Source: Flectonema sp. DT1601 (taxonomy: Eukaryota). From it: a stretch of 64,000 bases of DNA. The notes below the pieces were generated by a model. It saw only the letters and a list, made by a program, of their open reading frames with translations, ran no database searches and was not told the origin of the DNA. The position numbers and the translations under genes were made by a program. Below, piece after piece: positions 1-10,380 of the stretch (the stretch's first letter is position 1; every line of letters begins with the position of its first letter). The stretch spans positions 930,001 to 994,000 of the forward strand of contig OZ025794.1 of the NCBI GenBank assembly GCA_964019425.1. Direction: 5' to 3'.

Positions 1-443
1 AGATACAGACAGCACCAACACACAACTCCCACACTTGCCCTCATTGGAGCCTCACAGACGAGAAGAATATCAACAATAAGGACGAAAAGGGGCCAACTCG
101 GACTGAGTTGTAGAATGACAGTGTGCATTTCACGTACAGTCACTGCCAAACACAAAAAGAAGGCATACATTTCGATCAATGTGTCCGTCGCATCTTTCTT
201 AAGGAGCAACAGAATCACTAACATTAAAGCTGAAGACGTACTAAAAATTACGAGCGCAATCACCATAATGATTCTCTTTCCAACATTACCATAGAAAAGA
301 ACTAAACTAGCAAATAAGGTAAAGATGGCCACAAATACTAGGATTTTTTTCCTCTTTATTTGAAGTGCAGTATCGCTCTCTCTAATCGTCATCCTGAAGC
401 ATGGTTCCAAAAGTCTCGTGAATTTAACTAATAGCGAATTCAT
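1..443 (-). CDS. 5' part of a membrane nucleotidyl cyclase-like paralog; runs off the window start
   Basis: ATG at 443. Near-identical to 3248-3690, including ~110 nt of upstream sequence. Confidence 0.8.
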   Translation of the reverse strand, partial: MNSLLVKFTRLLEPCFRMTIRESDTALQIKRKKILVFVAIFTLFASLVLFYGNVGKRIIMVIALVIFSTSSALMLVILLLLKKDATDTLIEMYAFFLCLAVTVREMHTVILQLSPSWPLFVLIVDILLVCEAPMRASVGVVCWCCLY

Positions 444-657
444 GGTGTAGTGGGGTATCTGTAGAAGTACTAACGTGTACTCAATTTGACTAAATGCACA
501 TCACTACTACTAAGAAGCAGCCTCAAGAATTGAACAAAGAGGCAAGACTTAAACAATGAACTGAGGAAGTTCATTATTTTAGTTTTTGAGAAGGCGTTAG
601 AAAGAAAGCAAGAAAATGTCATCAGACACACTTGTGGTTAAGGGAATTTATTTTGGG

Positions 658-1123
658 AAACAAAGAAGCAAGATTTAAACAAAATAACGGAAGTCACTTT
701 GCAACAAAATAACTGAAAACAATTAGAAGATCAAAAAAGAGATAATTTCACCTCTTCGTAATTAGAGAAGAAAACCATAGAAACTAGCACTACTAGCAAA
801 AAAACCAAAAATGGCCACAAATACTAGGATTTTTTTCCTCTTTATTTGAAGTGCAGTATCGCTCTCTCTAATCGCCATCCTGAAGCATGGTTCCAAAAGT
901 CTCGTGAATTTAACTAATAGCGAATTCATGGTGTAGTGGGGTATCTGTAGAAGTACTAACGTGTACTCAATTTGACTAAATGCACATCACTACTACTAAG
1001 AAGCAGCCTCAAGAATTGAACAAAGAGGCAAGATTTAAACAAAATAACGGAAGTCACTTTGCAACAAAATAACTGAAAACAATTAGAAGATCAAAAAAGA
1101 GATAATTTCACCTCTTCGTAATT
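658..1123. repeat. Local duplications in the cyclase array, including an orphan 5' gene fragment (781-929, minus strand)
   Basis: 661-763 matches 1021-1123 (360-nt offset). ~808-1040 matches ~322-555. Both 748-762 and 1108-1122 encode ITKR*, the C-terminus of the 5019 copy. Confidence 0.85.
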
Positions 1124-1790
1124 CAAAAGTTATTAAGGAGACAACTTTCATAAGGCAATCAATGGAAGATGCAGTCGGTCATAAGACGATTCTGCCTGGA
1201 AGTCACAACCAACTAAGTTAATTTTGTGACTCGTCAACTGGCGCCGCTAACATAACTGGCAGAGCTTCGCCTCGGTACATAACAACTGGCTTAGAATTCA
1301 TTTGTAACAGAAACCTCGAAAAATTCCTCAACATGCTTAGAAACATTGCAGGTGCGCACAGACTTAAACAGTATACTATACAAAAACGACACAAACCACT
1401 CCATTATCATAAGAATCGATGCAACCCATTCAACAACACCAACCAAGAGAGAAAGCATCCCAACAATGCTTTCACTACAGAGATCCGCACACAAGCTTTC
1501 CAGAAGCATCCAGAAAGGACCCAACATCCCATCTGCGAGTAATGTGATTGCGTAGCATCTGCACATGAAGTGGGATGATTCACATGACTCCTCGTAGCAT
1601 CAAAGTTCGCAAAGACACGATCCCCCAGGAACAGGTTAAGTGTTCATCGATGCTTAACAATAACATCAGACGTCGCACTAATCATATCAGAGATGAGACC
1701 CTTAAAGGAATCCTGAGAGTGCTGCAGTACTGCAAACGAGTTGCGGATGTTGGCGTCCAACAAGGAAGCACTTACGAATCTTTTCTCTGC
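1108..1790 (-). pseudogene. Degenerate cyclase-like fragment (C-terminal half)
   Basis: 1415-1775 aligns with 2290-2710 but carries deletions and frameshifts. LSLLVGVVEWVASI is recognisable. No N-terminal half. Confidence 0.75.
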
Positions 1791-1944
1791 CGACCCTAAA
1801 TGAGCGGCTTGGTCGATTCCAAAGATGAAATAAAACAGTATACGGTAATTGGTGTATCTACCGAACAGCGGACACCCCGATTACTGCACTATAAAACTCT
1901 GACGTGATTAAAGAATTTAATGCAGATACAGAGAACCATTGTAA

Positions 1945-3690
1945 TCACCGTTTTACGATTGTTAAAGGATCGGGACATTTTGAAGATGCAATCTCCCTAA
2001 GTTCATCGTAATGTGGTGTCCATGCTTGCTTTTCCAACCTACCAAGATCAGGCCTCGATTTGCCTGTCAGTAGCGCAATAGCAACTTCATTAAAAGCATC
2101 CCACTTGCCACATCCTGACTGCTGGAGTTGATACATCCATTCAGCTTCTTCTACAACCTCCCTCGGTATCAATTCATAAAGCACATGCTCAGTGTCATCA
2201 TAAAGAACCGTTTGCAAGTGCACACGAATCTCAGCAGTGTGCTTTACTGCACGATACAAACCGCCTTCTGAAAGCATAGGAACTCCCTTGATCGATGCAA
2301 CCCTTTCAACAACACCAACCAAGAGAGAAAGTTTTCCAATAACGCTGAATCGCAATATAGTTTCACTACCGAGATCTCCACGCACAAGCTTTCCAGAAGC
2401 CATCCCGATGTTCAACGAGAGGCTTTCGCTCACCAACTCTTGGTAAGGACCCAACATCCGATTCGCGAGTGATGTGATCGCCATCGCAGCATCCGTACAC
2501 GAAGTGGGATGGCTCATGTGAGCTCTCGTAGCACCAAAGTTCGCAAAGACACGATCCCCCAGAAACAGGTCAAGTGTTCCTCGATGCTTAACAATAACAT
2601 CAGACGTCGCACTAATCATATCAGAGATGAGACCGTTAAAGGAATCCTGAGAGTGCTGCAGTACTGCAAACGAGTTGCGGATGTTGGCGACCAACAAGGA
2701 AGCACTTACACACTCAAACTTCTTCCTCACATTGTTCGGGAGGCCAGACTTATTGTTGGCATGAGTTGATGAATGAGATGACTCTTCTTCATATGTTCTA
2801 CTTCTCACAGATTCCTCAGCACTACCAGAAGAGTAGAGAGCAGGAATACAAGACTGTGGCAAGTAAGGTCTGTATGTGTGGAGGTTACACAGAATCTGCT
2901 TCAAAGCATCTCTCAGTCCCTCAGGAATATCTGCATCTTCCAACAAGCTCGTAGCCTGCTCAAGATCGAATCTCGAAAGTGAAGTTGCGATTGCATTCGC
3001 AGTGTCAATAGATGCCAGGATGTTACTCTTCTCTTCCAAGACAGCTGCAGCAAACCCGCGAGTGCAGATGAAGTCCAGTAAGAAAACTGAACACTGACCT
3101 ACCAAATCAGCTAAAGAGTCCACGATTGACAAGGCACAAGGAAGTTTCTCACAATCAAACCGCTCGCGGCGATATGACTGAGCATAGTGTTGATACTCAA
3201 TGTCAAAAATACCAAATCGAAAGGTAGATTCAGAACCGAGTATGACAAGATACAGACAGCACCAACACACAACTCCCACACTTGCCCTCATTGGAGCCTC
3301 ACAGACGAGAAGAATATCAACAATAAGGACGAAAAGGGGCCAACTCGGACTGAGTTGTAGAATGACAGTGTGCATTTCACGTACAGTCACCGCCAAACAC
3401 AAAAAGAAGGCATACATTTCGACCAATGTGTCCGTCGCATCTTTCTTAAGGAGCAACAGAATCACTAACATTAAAGCTGAAGACGTACTAAAAATTACGA
3501 GCGCAATCACCATAATGATTCTCTTTCCAACATAACCATAGAAAGTAATAAAACTAGCAAAAAAAGTAAAAACGGCCACAAGTACTAAGATTTTTTTCCT
3601 CTTTATTTGAAGTGCAGTATCGCTCTCTCTAATCGCCATCCTGAAGCATGGTTCCAAAAGTCTCGTGAATTTAACTAATAGCGAATTCAT
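1945..3690 (-). CDS. Multi-pass membrane protein with a degenerate class III adenylate/guanylate cyclase domain (581 aa)
   Basis: About 6 hydrophobic N-terminal segments, then YRPYLPQSC and a cyclase-like fold (HRGTLDLFLGD, LNIGMASG, RFSVIG). No intron. Confidence 0.85.
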   Translation of the reverse strand: MNSLLVKFTRLLEPCFRMAIRESDTALQIKRKKILVLVAVFTFFASFITFYGYVGKRIIMVIALVIFSTSSALMLVILLLLKKDATDTLVEMYAFFLCLAVTVREMHTVILQLSPSWPLFVLIVDILLVCEAPMRASVGVVCWCCLYLVILGSESTFRFGIFDIEYQHYAQSYRRERFDCEKLPCALSIVDSLADLVGQCSVFLLDFICTRGFAAAVLEEKSNILASIDTANAIATSLSRFDLEQATSLLEDADIPEGLRDALKQILCNLHTYRPYLPQSCIPALYSSGSAEESVRSRTYEEESSHSSTHANNKSGLPNNVRKKFECVSASLLVANIRNSFAVLQHSQDSFNGLISDMISATSDVIVKHRGTLDLFLGDRVFANFGATRAHMSHPTSCTDAAMAITSLANRMLGPYQELVSESLSLNIGMASGKLVRGDLGSETILRFSVIGKLSLLVGVVERVASIKGVPMLSEGGLYRAVKHTAEIRVHLQTVLYDDTEHVLYELIPREVVEEAEWMYQLQQSGCGKWDAFNEVAIALLTGKSRPDLGRLEKQAWTPHYDELREIASSKCPDPLTIVKR

Positions 3691-4273
3691 GGTGTAGTGG
3701 GGTATCTGTAGAAGTACTAACGTGTACTCAATTTGATTAAATGCACATCACTACTACTAAGAAGCAGCCTCAAGAATTGAACAAAGAGGCAAGACTTAAA
3801 CAATGAACTAAATTAAAGAACGGAAGTTCTTTAATGTAGTTTAAATACAAGAATGCGTTTGAAGGAAAGTAAGAAAATGTCGTCAGACACACTTGTTGTT
3901 AAGGGAATTTATTTTTGGGAACAACTAATTCCACATATAATTTTGTGAAATGTCAGATTAACGCAAAAGTTCCCAAAATGGACAGCTATTTTTCTTTTCC
4001 TTTTTTAGCTTACTGCTAGTGTATTTTGGGGTCAAAAAATCGACTAAGGTCATGGGGATTATTTTTTCTCCCGAAAAAAGAATTTCCCACATCAGGAAAG
4101 GCCATCCAGCTAAAAACCCCGTCTATGCACAGTTGCGCTCCTAAACCCTAACTGCATCACTATCGCGCAGCAGAATAAACTCAGTACATATGATGAGCTC
4201 GACAGGATTACAGAGGTCAAGATAGATCTACAGTTAACAGGATTTACAGGCTATAAGTAGTTAGCTTTATTAG

Positions 4274-4540
4274 CTAGAGGAAAATCAAAGGGTCAGTCGG
4301 AATTCTTATAAGATCCGCACGCTTGATTGACACGATCGATAGTGCTGAACTCCATATTACGCAGCTAATTATATCGTCAGACATTGTACCACCCCTCACC
4401 CAGATCAGCATTTCTGGAAGCAGTGAGTCATCAATGGTATGGGAACGGAGCCTCGCCTTAAAGAACTTCAGGACGGGGAATACTCGTTCAGCCTCAACTG
4501 ATGTCACCAGGAAATTTGCGCTTAGTGCCTCTGTGTATGG
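4274..4540 (-). mobile_element. hAT-superfamily transposase relic (C-terminal dimerisation domain)
   Basis: FLVTSVEAERVFPVLKFFKARLRSHTIDDSLLPEMLI resembles the hAT dimerisation motif (TS..ER.FS.....K..LR....D..L...M.I). No catalytic core or terminal inverted repeats seen. Confidence 0.7.
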
Positions 4541-4950
4541 ACAGGTCAAGTGTTCCTCGATGCTCAACAATAACATCAGACGTGTCCATACTTCTTTTGC
4601 AACTTATCGAGATCAGGTAATAGCAACCTCACCAAAAGCATCCCACTTGCCTCATCCTGACTGCTGAAGTTGATACATACAGAAGAATGTCAACAACGAT
4701 GACAAATAGAGGCCAACTAGGATTAATTTGAAGCATTGCCGCCTCAATGTCCTGCAGCGATATTCCGAGAAGCATAATGACGCTGCTTACCTCAAGCAAG
4801 GATCAGCAAGACGTCGAAGTTCACTAAACTGTAGATCGTCTCTGCTGCTAACTTACTAACACCCCACTTTGAGGTACTTGTCAACAGCGTTACCGCAACT
4901 CCACGGAAAGCATCCCACTTCACAACTCCAACTCGCTCGAGTTGATACAT
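4541..4950 (-). pseudogene. Mosaic of short, out-of-order cyclase-like gene fragments
   Basis: 4541-4584 resembles 2565-2607, 4615-4677 resembles 2075-2137, 4681-4730 resembles 3308-3355, and 4870-4950 resembles 2060-2140 (YQLERVGVVKWDAF). Confidence 0.7.
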
Positions 4951-5018
4951 AGTTTCAGGCAGAACAATAAGAAACCAATCACGTAAGTGATAATTTCTCA
5001 ATAAAACTCACAAAGTGG

Positions 5019-6751
5019 CTACCTCTTCGTAATCGCCAATGGCTCAGGATGTCCAGTTTTACTGAACTCGTAAAGTTGCTCAACTAATTCACTCTGGATC
5101 ACTATACTACTAAGATCAGGCATTGTCTTACCTTTCAACATTGTTGTAGCAGCAATGTTAAAAGCATCCCATTTACCACATCCTGCCTGCTCGAGTTGAT
5201 ACATCCATTCAGCTTCTTCTACAACCTCCCTCCGTATCAACTCATAAAGCACATGCTCAGTGTCATCATGAAGAACCGTTTGCAGGTGCACACGAATCTC
5301 AGCAGTGTGCTTTACTGCACGATACAAACCGCCTTCCGAAAGCATAGGAACTCCCTTGATCGATGCAACCCTTTCAACAACACCAACCAAGAGAGAAGGT
5401 TTTCCAATAACGCTAAATCGCAATACAGTTTCACTACCGAGATCTCCACGCACAAGCTTTCCGGAAGCCATCCCGATGTTCAACGAGAGGCTTTCGCTCA
5501 CCAACTCTTGGTAAGGACCCAACATCCGATTCGCGAGTGATGTGATCGCAATCGCAGTATCCGTACACGAAGTAGGATGATTCACATGACTCCTCGTAGC
5601 ACCAAAGTTCGCAAAGACACGATCCCCCCAGGAACAGGTCAAGTGTTCCTCGATGCTTAACAATAACATCAGACGTCGCACTAATCATATCAGAGATGAG
5701 ACCGTTAAAGGAATCCTGAGAGTGCTGCAGTACTGCAAACGAGTTGCGGATGTTGGCGACCAACAAGGAAGCACTTACACACTCAAACTTCTTCCTCACA
5801 TTGTTCGGGAGGCCAGACTTATTGTTGGCATGAGTTGATGAATGAGATGACTCTTCTTCATATGTTCTACTTCTCACAGATTCCTCAGCACTACCAGAAG
5901 AGTAGAGAGCAGGAATACAAGACTGTGGCAAGTAAGGTCTGTACGAACGAAGGTTACACAGAATCTGCTTCAAAGCATCTCTCAGTCCCTCAGGAATATC
6001 TGCATCTTCCAACAAGCTCGTAGCCTGCTCAAGATCGAATCTTGAAAGTGAAGTTGCGATTGCATTCGCAGTGTCAATAGATGCCAGGATGTTATTCTTC
6101 TCTTCCAAGAGAGCTGCAGCAAACCCGCGTGTCCAGATGAATTCCAGTAAGAAGACGAAGCTTCGGCTAACAAAATCCATTACAGTTGGCCAAAACTCCT
6201 TTGCACAAGGAAGTTTCTCACAATCAAACTGCTCGCGGCGATATGACTGGGCATAGTGCTTCCACTCAATATCAAAAAGACCATACCGGAAGGTAGATTC
6301 AGAAGCAATTATCAGCATGTACACACAGCACCAACACACAACTACTATAGACATTCTTCCTGGAGCTTCGCAGACTAGAAGGGAGTCAACAACGAGGACA
6401 AAGAGGGGCCAGTAAAGAGTCGTTTGCAAGAATGCAGATTCAAAATCGGCTGCTGTAACAGCAATGACACTTGCAAGAGAAATTGCTTCAATGAAAGTAT
6501 CTGATGCATCACCTCGTAAAATAACGAGATGAATAAATGTTATCAATGCTACTATCGCGATGATCAGATCAGAAACTTGCAAAAAAAATACCATCCAAAG
6601 AAATGCTTCGCAAAGCAGGGGCAATTCCTATTAAGACGATGGTACAATAACATATAAAGAGCCTTTTCCTCTTGATTTGCAATGGCGAATCAGTCTCGCT
6701 GATCACTCTTTTCAGCAACGGTCGAAAACAGAATCCAATGTAATCCCACAT
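5019..6751 (-). pseudogene. Full-length cyclase-like paralog broken by two +1 homopolymer frameshifts (pseudogene or sequencing error)
   Basis: ORFs 6569-6751, 5434-6624 and 5019-5681 join if one base is removed from A8 at 6581-6588 and one from C6 at 5624-5629. The paralog at 2556-2560 has C5. Confidence 0.75.
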
Positions 6752-7194
6752 CGCAAATGCGTGGGCTGTGAAGATAAAATAAGTAAAACGAAAACACTGC
6801 TACGTACCAACAACTAAAAGCATTGGACAAGGAGTGTAACTAATTACTAATTAAAAGAAACCACACATTAAAATATCATTATCAGAAGCATTCATTTTAC
6901 AATAGCAAAATCTGATTAAGATAATATTATCTCATACATTAACTGTACTATAATCTAACTCAGCTCTAAACACTAGTTTCACCCATTACTGGATAACTTT
7001 ACTAGGAAACTTAGTTAGCTTTTTTTTACTGAACATGCTCTTGATTTACGATAATCATTAGAATAATAGAGCAAGAAAAGCAGTGAGACGACTTAAGCAA
7101 TAAACCAGCATACAAAACAGCAGAAATTACGAGTTCTGTACAATATTCTATACTAGTTTATTTTTTTAGCAGAACATGCACAACTTCGAGAAGT

Positions 7195-9421
7195 GGTATC
7201 TCTAGTGTTGGTATTTAAAGTGTAGATGAGTATCTCTTGTACGGAAGCCTATTTTACCGCGGGTATCTCTAGTGTGGTGTTGGTATCTCTAGTATGGTGT
7301 TGGTATCACTAATGTTGGTATCTCTAGTGTTGGTATTTCAAATGTAGATGAGTATCTCTTGTACGGATGCCTATTTTTACCGCCGGTATCTCTAGCGTGG
7401 TGTTGGTATCTCTAGTGTTGGTATTTCAAGTGTAGATGAGTACCTCTTGTACGGATGACTATCTATACCGCCGGTATCTCTAGTGTGGTGTTGGTATCTC
7501 CAGTGTAGTGTTGGTATCTCCAGTGTTGGTATTTCAAGTGTAGATGAGTATCTCTTGTACGGATGCCTATCTATACCGCCGGTATCTCTAGCGTGGTGTT
7601 GGTATCTCTAGTGTAGTGTTGGTATCTCCAGTGTTGGTATTTCAAGTGTAGATGAGTATCTCTTGTACGGATGACTATCTATACCGCCGGTATCTCTAGT
7701 GTAGTGTTGGTATCTCCAGTGTTGGTATTTCAAGTGTAGATGAGTATCTCTTGTACGGATGCCTATCTATACCGCCGGTATCTCTAGCGTGGTGTTGGTA
7801 TCTCTAGTGTTGGTATTTCAAGTGTAGATGAGTACCTCTTGTACGGATGACTATCTATACCGCCGGTATCTCTAGTGTAGTGTTGGTATCTCTAGTGTTG
7901 GTATCTCTAGTGTAGTGTTGGTATCTCTAGTGTGGTGTTGGTATCTCTAGTGTTGGTATTTCAAGTGTAGATGAGTATCTCTTGTACGGATGACTATCTA
8001 TACCGCCGGTATCTCTAGTGTTGGTATTTCAAGTGTAGATGAGTATCTCTTGTACGGATGCCTATCCTAACCGCCGGTATCTCTAGTGTAGTGTTGGTAT
8101 CTCCAGTGTTGGTATTTCAAGTGTAGATGAGTATCTCTTGTACGGATGCCTATCTATACCGCCGGTATCTCTAGCGTGGTGTTGGTATCTCTAGTGTAGT
8201 GTTGGTATCTCTAGTGTTGGTATTTCAAGTGTAGATGAGTACCTCTTGTACGAATGCCTATCTATACCGCCGGTATCTCTAGTGTAGTGTTGGTATCTCT
8301 AGTGTTGGTATTTCAAGTGTAGATGAGTATCTCTTGTACGGATGCCTATCCTAACCGCCGGTATCTCTAGTGTAGTGTTGGTATCTCTAGTGTAGTGTTG
8401 GTATCTCCAGTGTTGGTATTTCAAGTGTAGATGAGTATCTCTTGTACGGATGCCTATCTATACCGCCGGTATCTCTAGCGTGGTGTTGGTATCTCTAGTG
8501 TAGTGTTGGTATCTCTAGTGTTGGTATTTCAAGTGTAGATGAGTACCTCTTGTACGGATGACTATCTATACCGCCGGTATCTCTAGTGTAGTGTTGGTAT
8601 CTCTAGTGTTGGTATTTCAAGTGTAGATAAGTACCTCTTGTACGGATGCCTATCTATACCGCCGGTATCTCTAGTGTGGTGTTGGTATCTCTAGTGTGGT
8701 GTTGGTATCTCTAGTGTGGTGTTGGTATCTCTAGTGTAGTGTTGGTATCTCTAGTGTTGGTATTTCAAGTGTAGATAAGTACCTCTTGTACGGATGCCTA
8801 TCTATACCGCCGGTATCTCTAGTGTAGTGTTGGTATCTCTAGTGTGGTGTTGGTATCTCTAGTGTGGTGTTGGTATCTCTAGTGTGGTGTTGGTATCTCT
8901 AGTGTTGGTATTTCAAGTGTAGATGAGTATCTCTTGTACGGATGCCTATCCTAACCGCCGGTATCTCTAGTGTAGTGTTGGTATCTCTAGTGTAGTGTTG
9001 GTATCTCCAGTGTTGGTATTTCAAGTGTAGATGAGTATCTCTTGTACGGATGCCTATCTATACCGCCGGTATCTCTAGCGTGGTGTTGGTATCTCTAGTG
9101 TAGTGTTGGTATCTCTAGTGTTGGTATTTCAAGTGTAGATGAGTACCTCTTGTACGGATGCCTATCTATACCGCCGGTATCTCTAGTGTAGTGTTAGTAT
9201 CTCTAGTGTTGGTATTTCAAGTGTAGATGAGTATCTCTAGTACGGATGCCAATCTTAACCGCCGGTATCTCTAGCGTGGTGTTGGTATCTCTAGTGTTGG
9301 TATTTCAAGTGTAGATGAGTACCTCTAGTACGGATGCCTATCTATACCGCCGGTATCTCTAGTGTGGTGTTGGTATCTCTAGTGTTGGTATTTCAAGTGT
9401 AGATGAGTATCTCTTGTACGG
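7195..9421. repeat. Compound minisatellite, about 22 units of [20-mer]n + 15-mer + 53-mer
   Basis: A=GGTATCTCTAGTGT(G/A)GTGTT (n about 0-4). B=GGTATCTC(T/C)AGTGTT. C=GGTATTTCAAGTGTAGATGAGTATCTCTTGTACGGATGCCTATCTATACCGCC. 8341-8580 recurs almost exactly at 8941-9180. Confidence 0.97.
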
Positions 9422-10306
9422 ACACAGCTACGGAAAACAATACCATCACAAAAATGGATCCGGAGCCACTTGAATGTGTCTGAGGTGGTAGACGCGTGTA
9501 TTCTTTACTCTTTGTTATGTCTGTATTAACTAAGTCACTTTGTACTGCTTCTCTTAAAAGTCTTCGACTTATTTTGCCATTGGTTCTGTCATCAATTTTT
9601 ATTATTGACGTGTTTTATTCATTAAATCAAAAAAAAAGAAAAAACGATTGCTATGCTACTTCATTTTTTGGTATTTTGCATGGCTTTTTTTTTTTTTTTT
9701 TTTTTTCACGGACGAAATCGGAGAAGCTATTCAGATTTAAAAAACCGTTATTTATTAAGTATCCAAACGATCTCTTACACTGCCTGCTTCGTGCATGTGG
9801 TCGGTCCAGGTAGTCGCGTTCTCCTGTTCAATTCAGGTCTCTTCTAGTCTCACCCATTATGGTTCCGGATAACTGGGACCCGACTTCGATTATCTATCTC
9901 CCCATGCTCCAGCAGTTATTACTGTCTGGGATCAACATATTAAGGCTTTTCTGAATGGTTTCTTTTTTTTTCGTTGCTAATAAGCAGCATCGACGGTAAC
10001 TCCCTAACTTAGTTATCGTATTTTTTTTTCTTTTGAATTTATGTATTAGTCAAAATAAAATCATTATGATGTACTATTCTTACAGGAAACACCATCGCTT
10101 TCATTTTTCTGGCCTATTCAGCATGGTACTTCTTTTTATTCTTTTACAGTTTTATTCTTAACAAAAATGAATACTGTTGCCCCACATTTAACGGCAACAG
10201 CTAGTCTATTGATATGCTTGGTTGGTTCTCCTGTAACTGTTGTGTTCTACGTAAGGTGGGATGCGTCTAAGGAGTACGAGAGAAATAGTTTCATAGCTGA
10301 CTGTAT

Positions 10307-10380
10307 TAGTGTGGTGTTGGTATCTCTAGTGTTGGTATTTCAAGTGTAGATGAGTATCTCTTGTACGGATGCCTATCTTA
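10307..10380. repeat. Orphan single unit of the minisatellite
   Basis: TAGTGTGGTGTT-GGTATCTCTAGTGTT-GGTATTTCAAGTGTAGATGAGTATCTCTTGTACGGATGCCTATCT matches the array in the same orientation. Confidence 0.95.

Noticed and set aside
4141..4151. CTAAACCCTAA telomere-like motif (also near 47410)
   Set aside because: Single units are expected by chance in AT-rich DNA.
1333..6256. Repeated plus-strand ORFs in the cyclase array
   Set aside because: They are antisense shadows of the duplicated minus-strand genes.
7131..7148. GAGTTCTGTACAATATTC resembling the end of a spliced-leader exon
   Set aside because: Short, mismatched, with no following GT donor and no upstream leader similarity.
7195..9421. 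CRISPR array (hairpin repeat with variable spacing)
   Set aside because: The intervening sequences are themselves repeats rather than unique spacers, there are no cas genes, and the context is eukaryotic.
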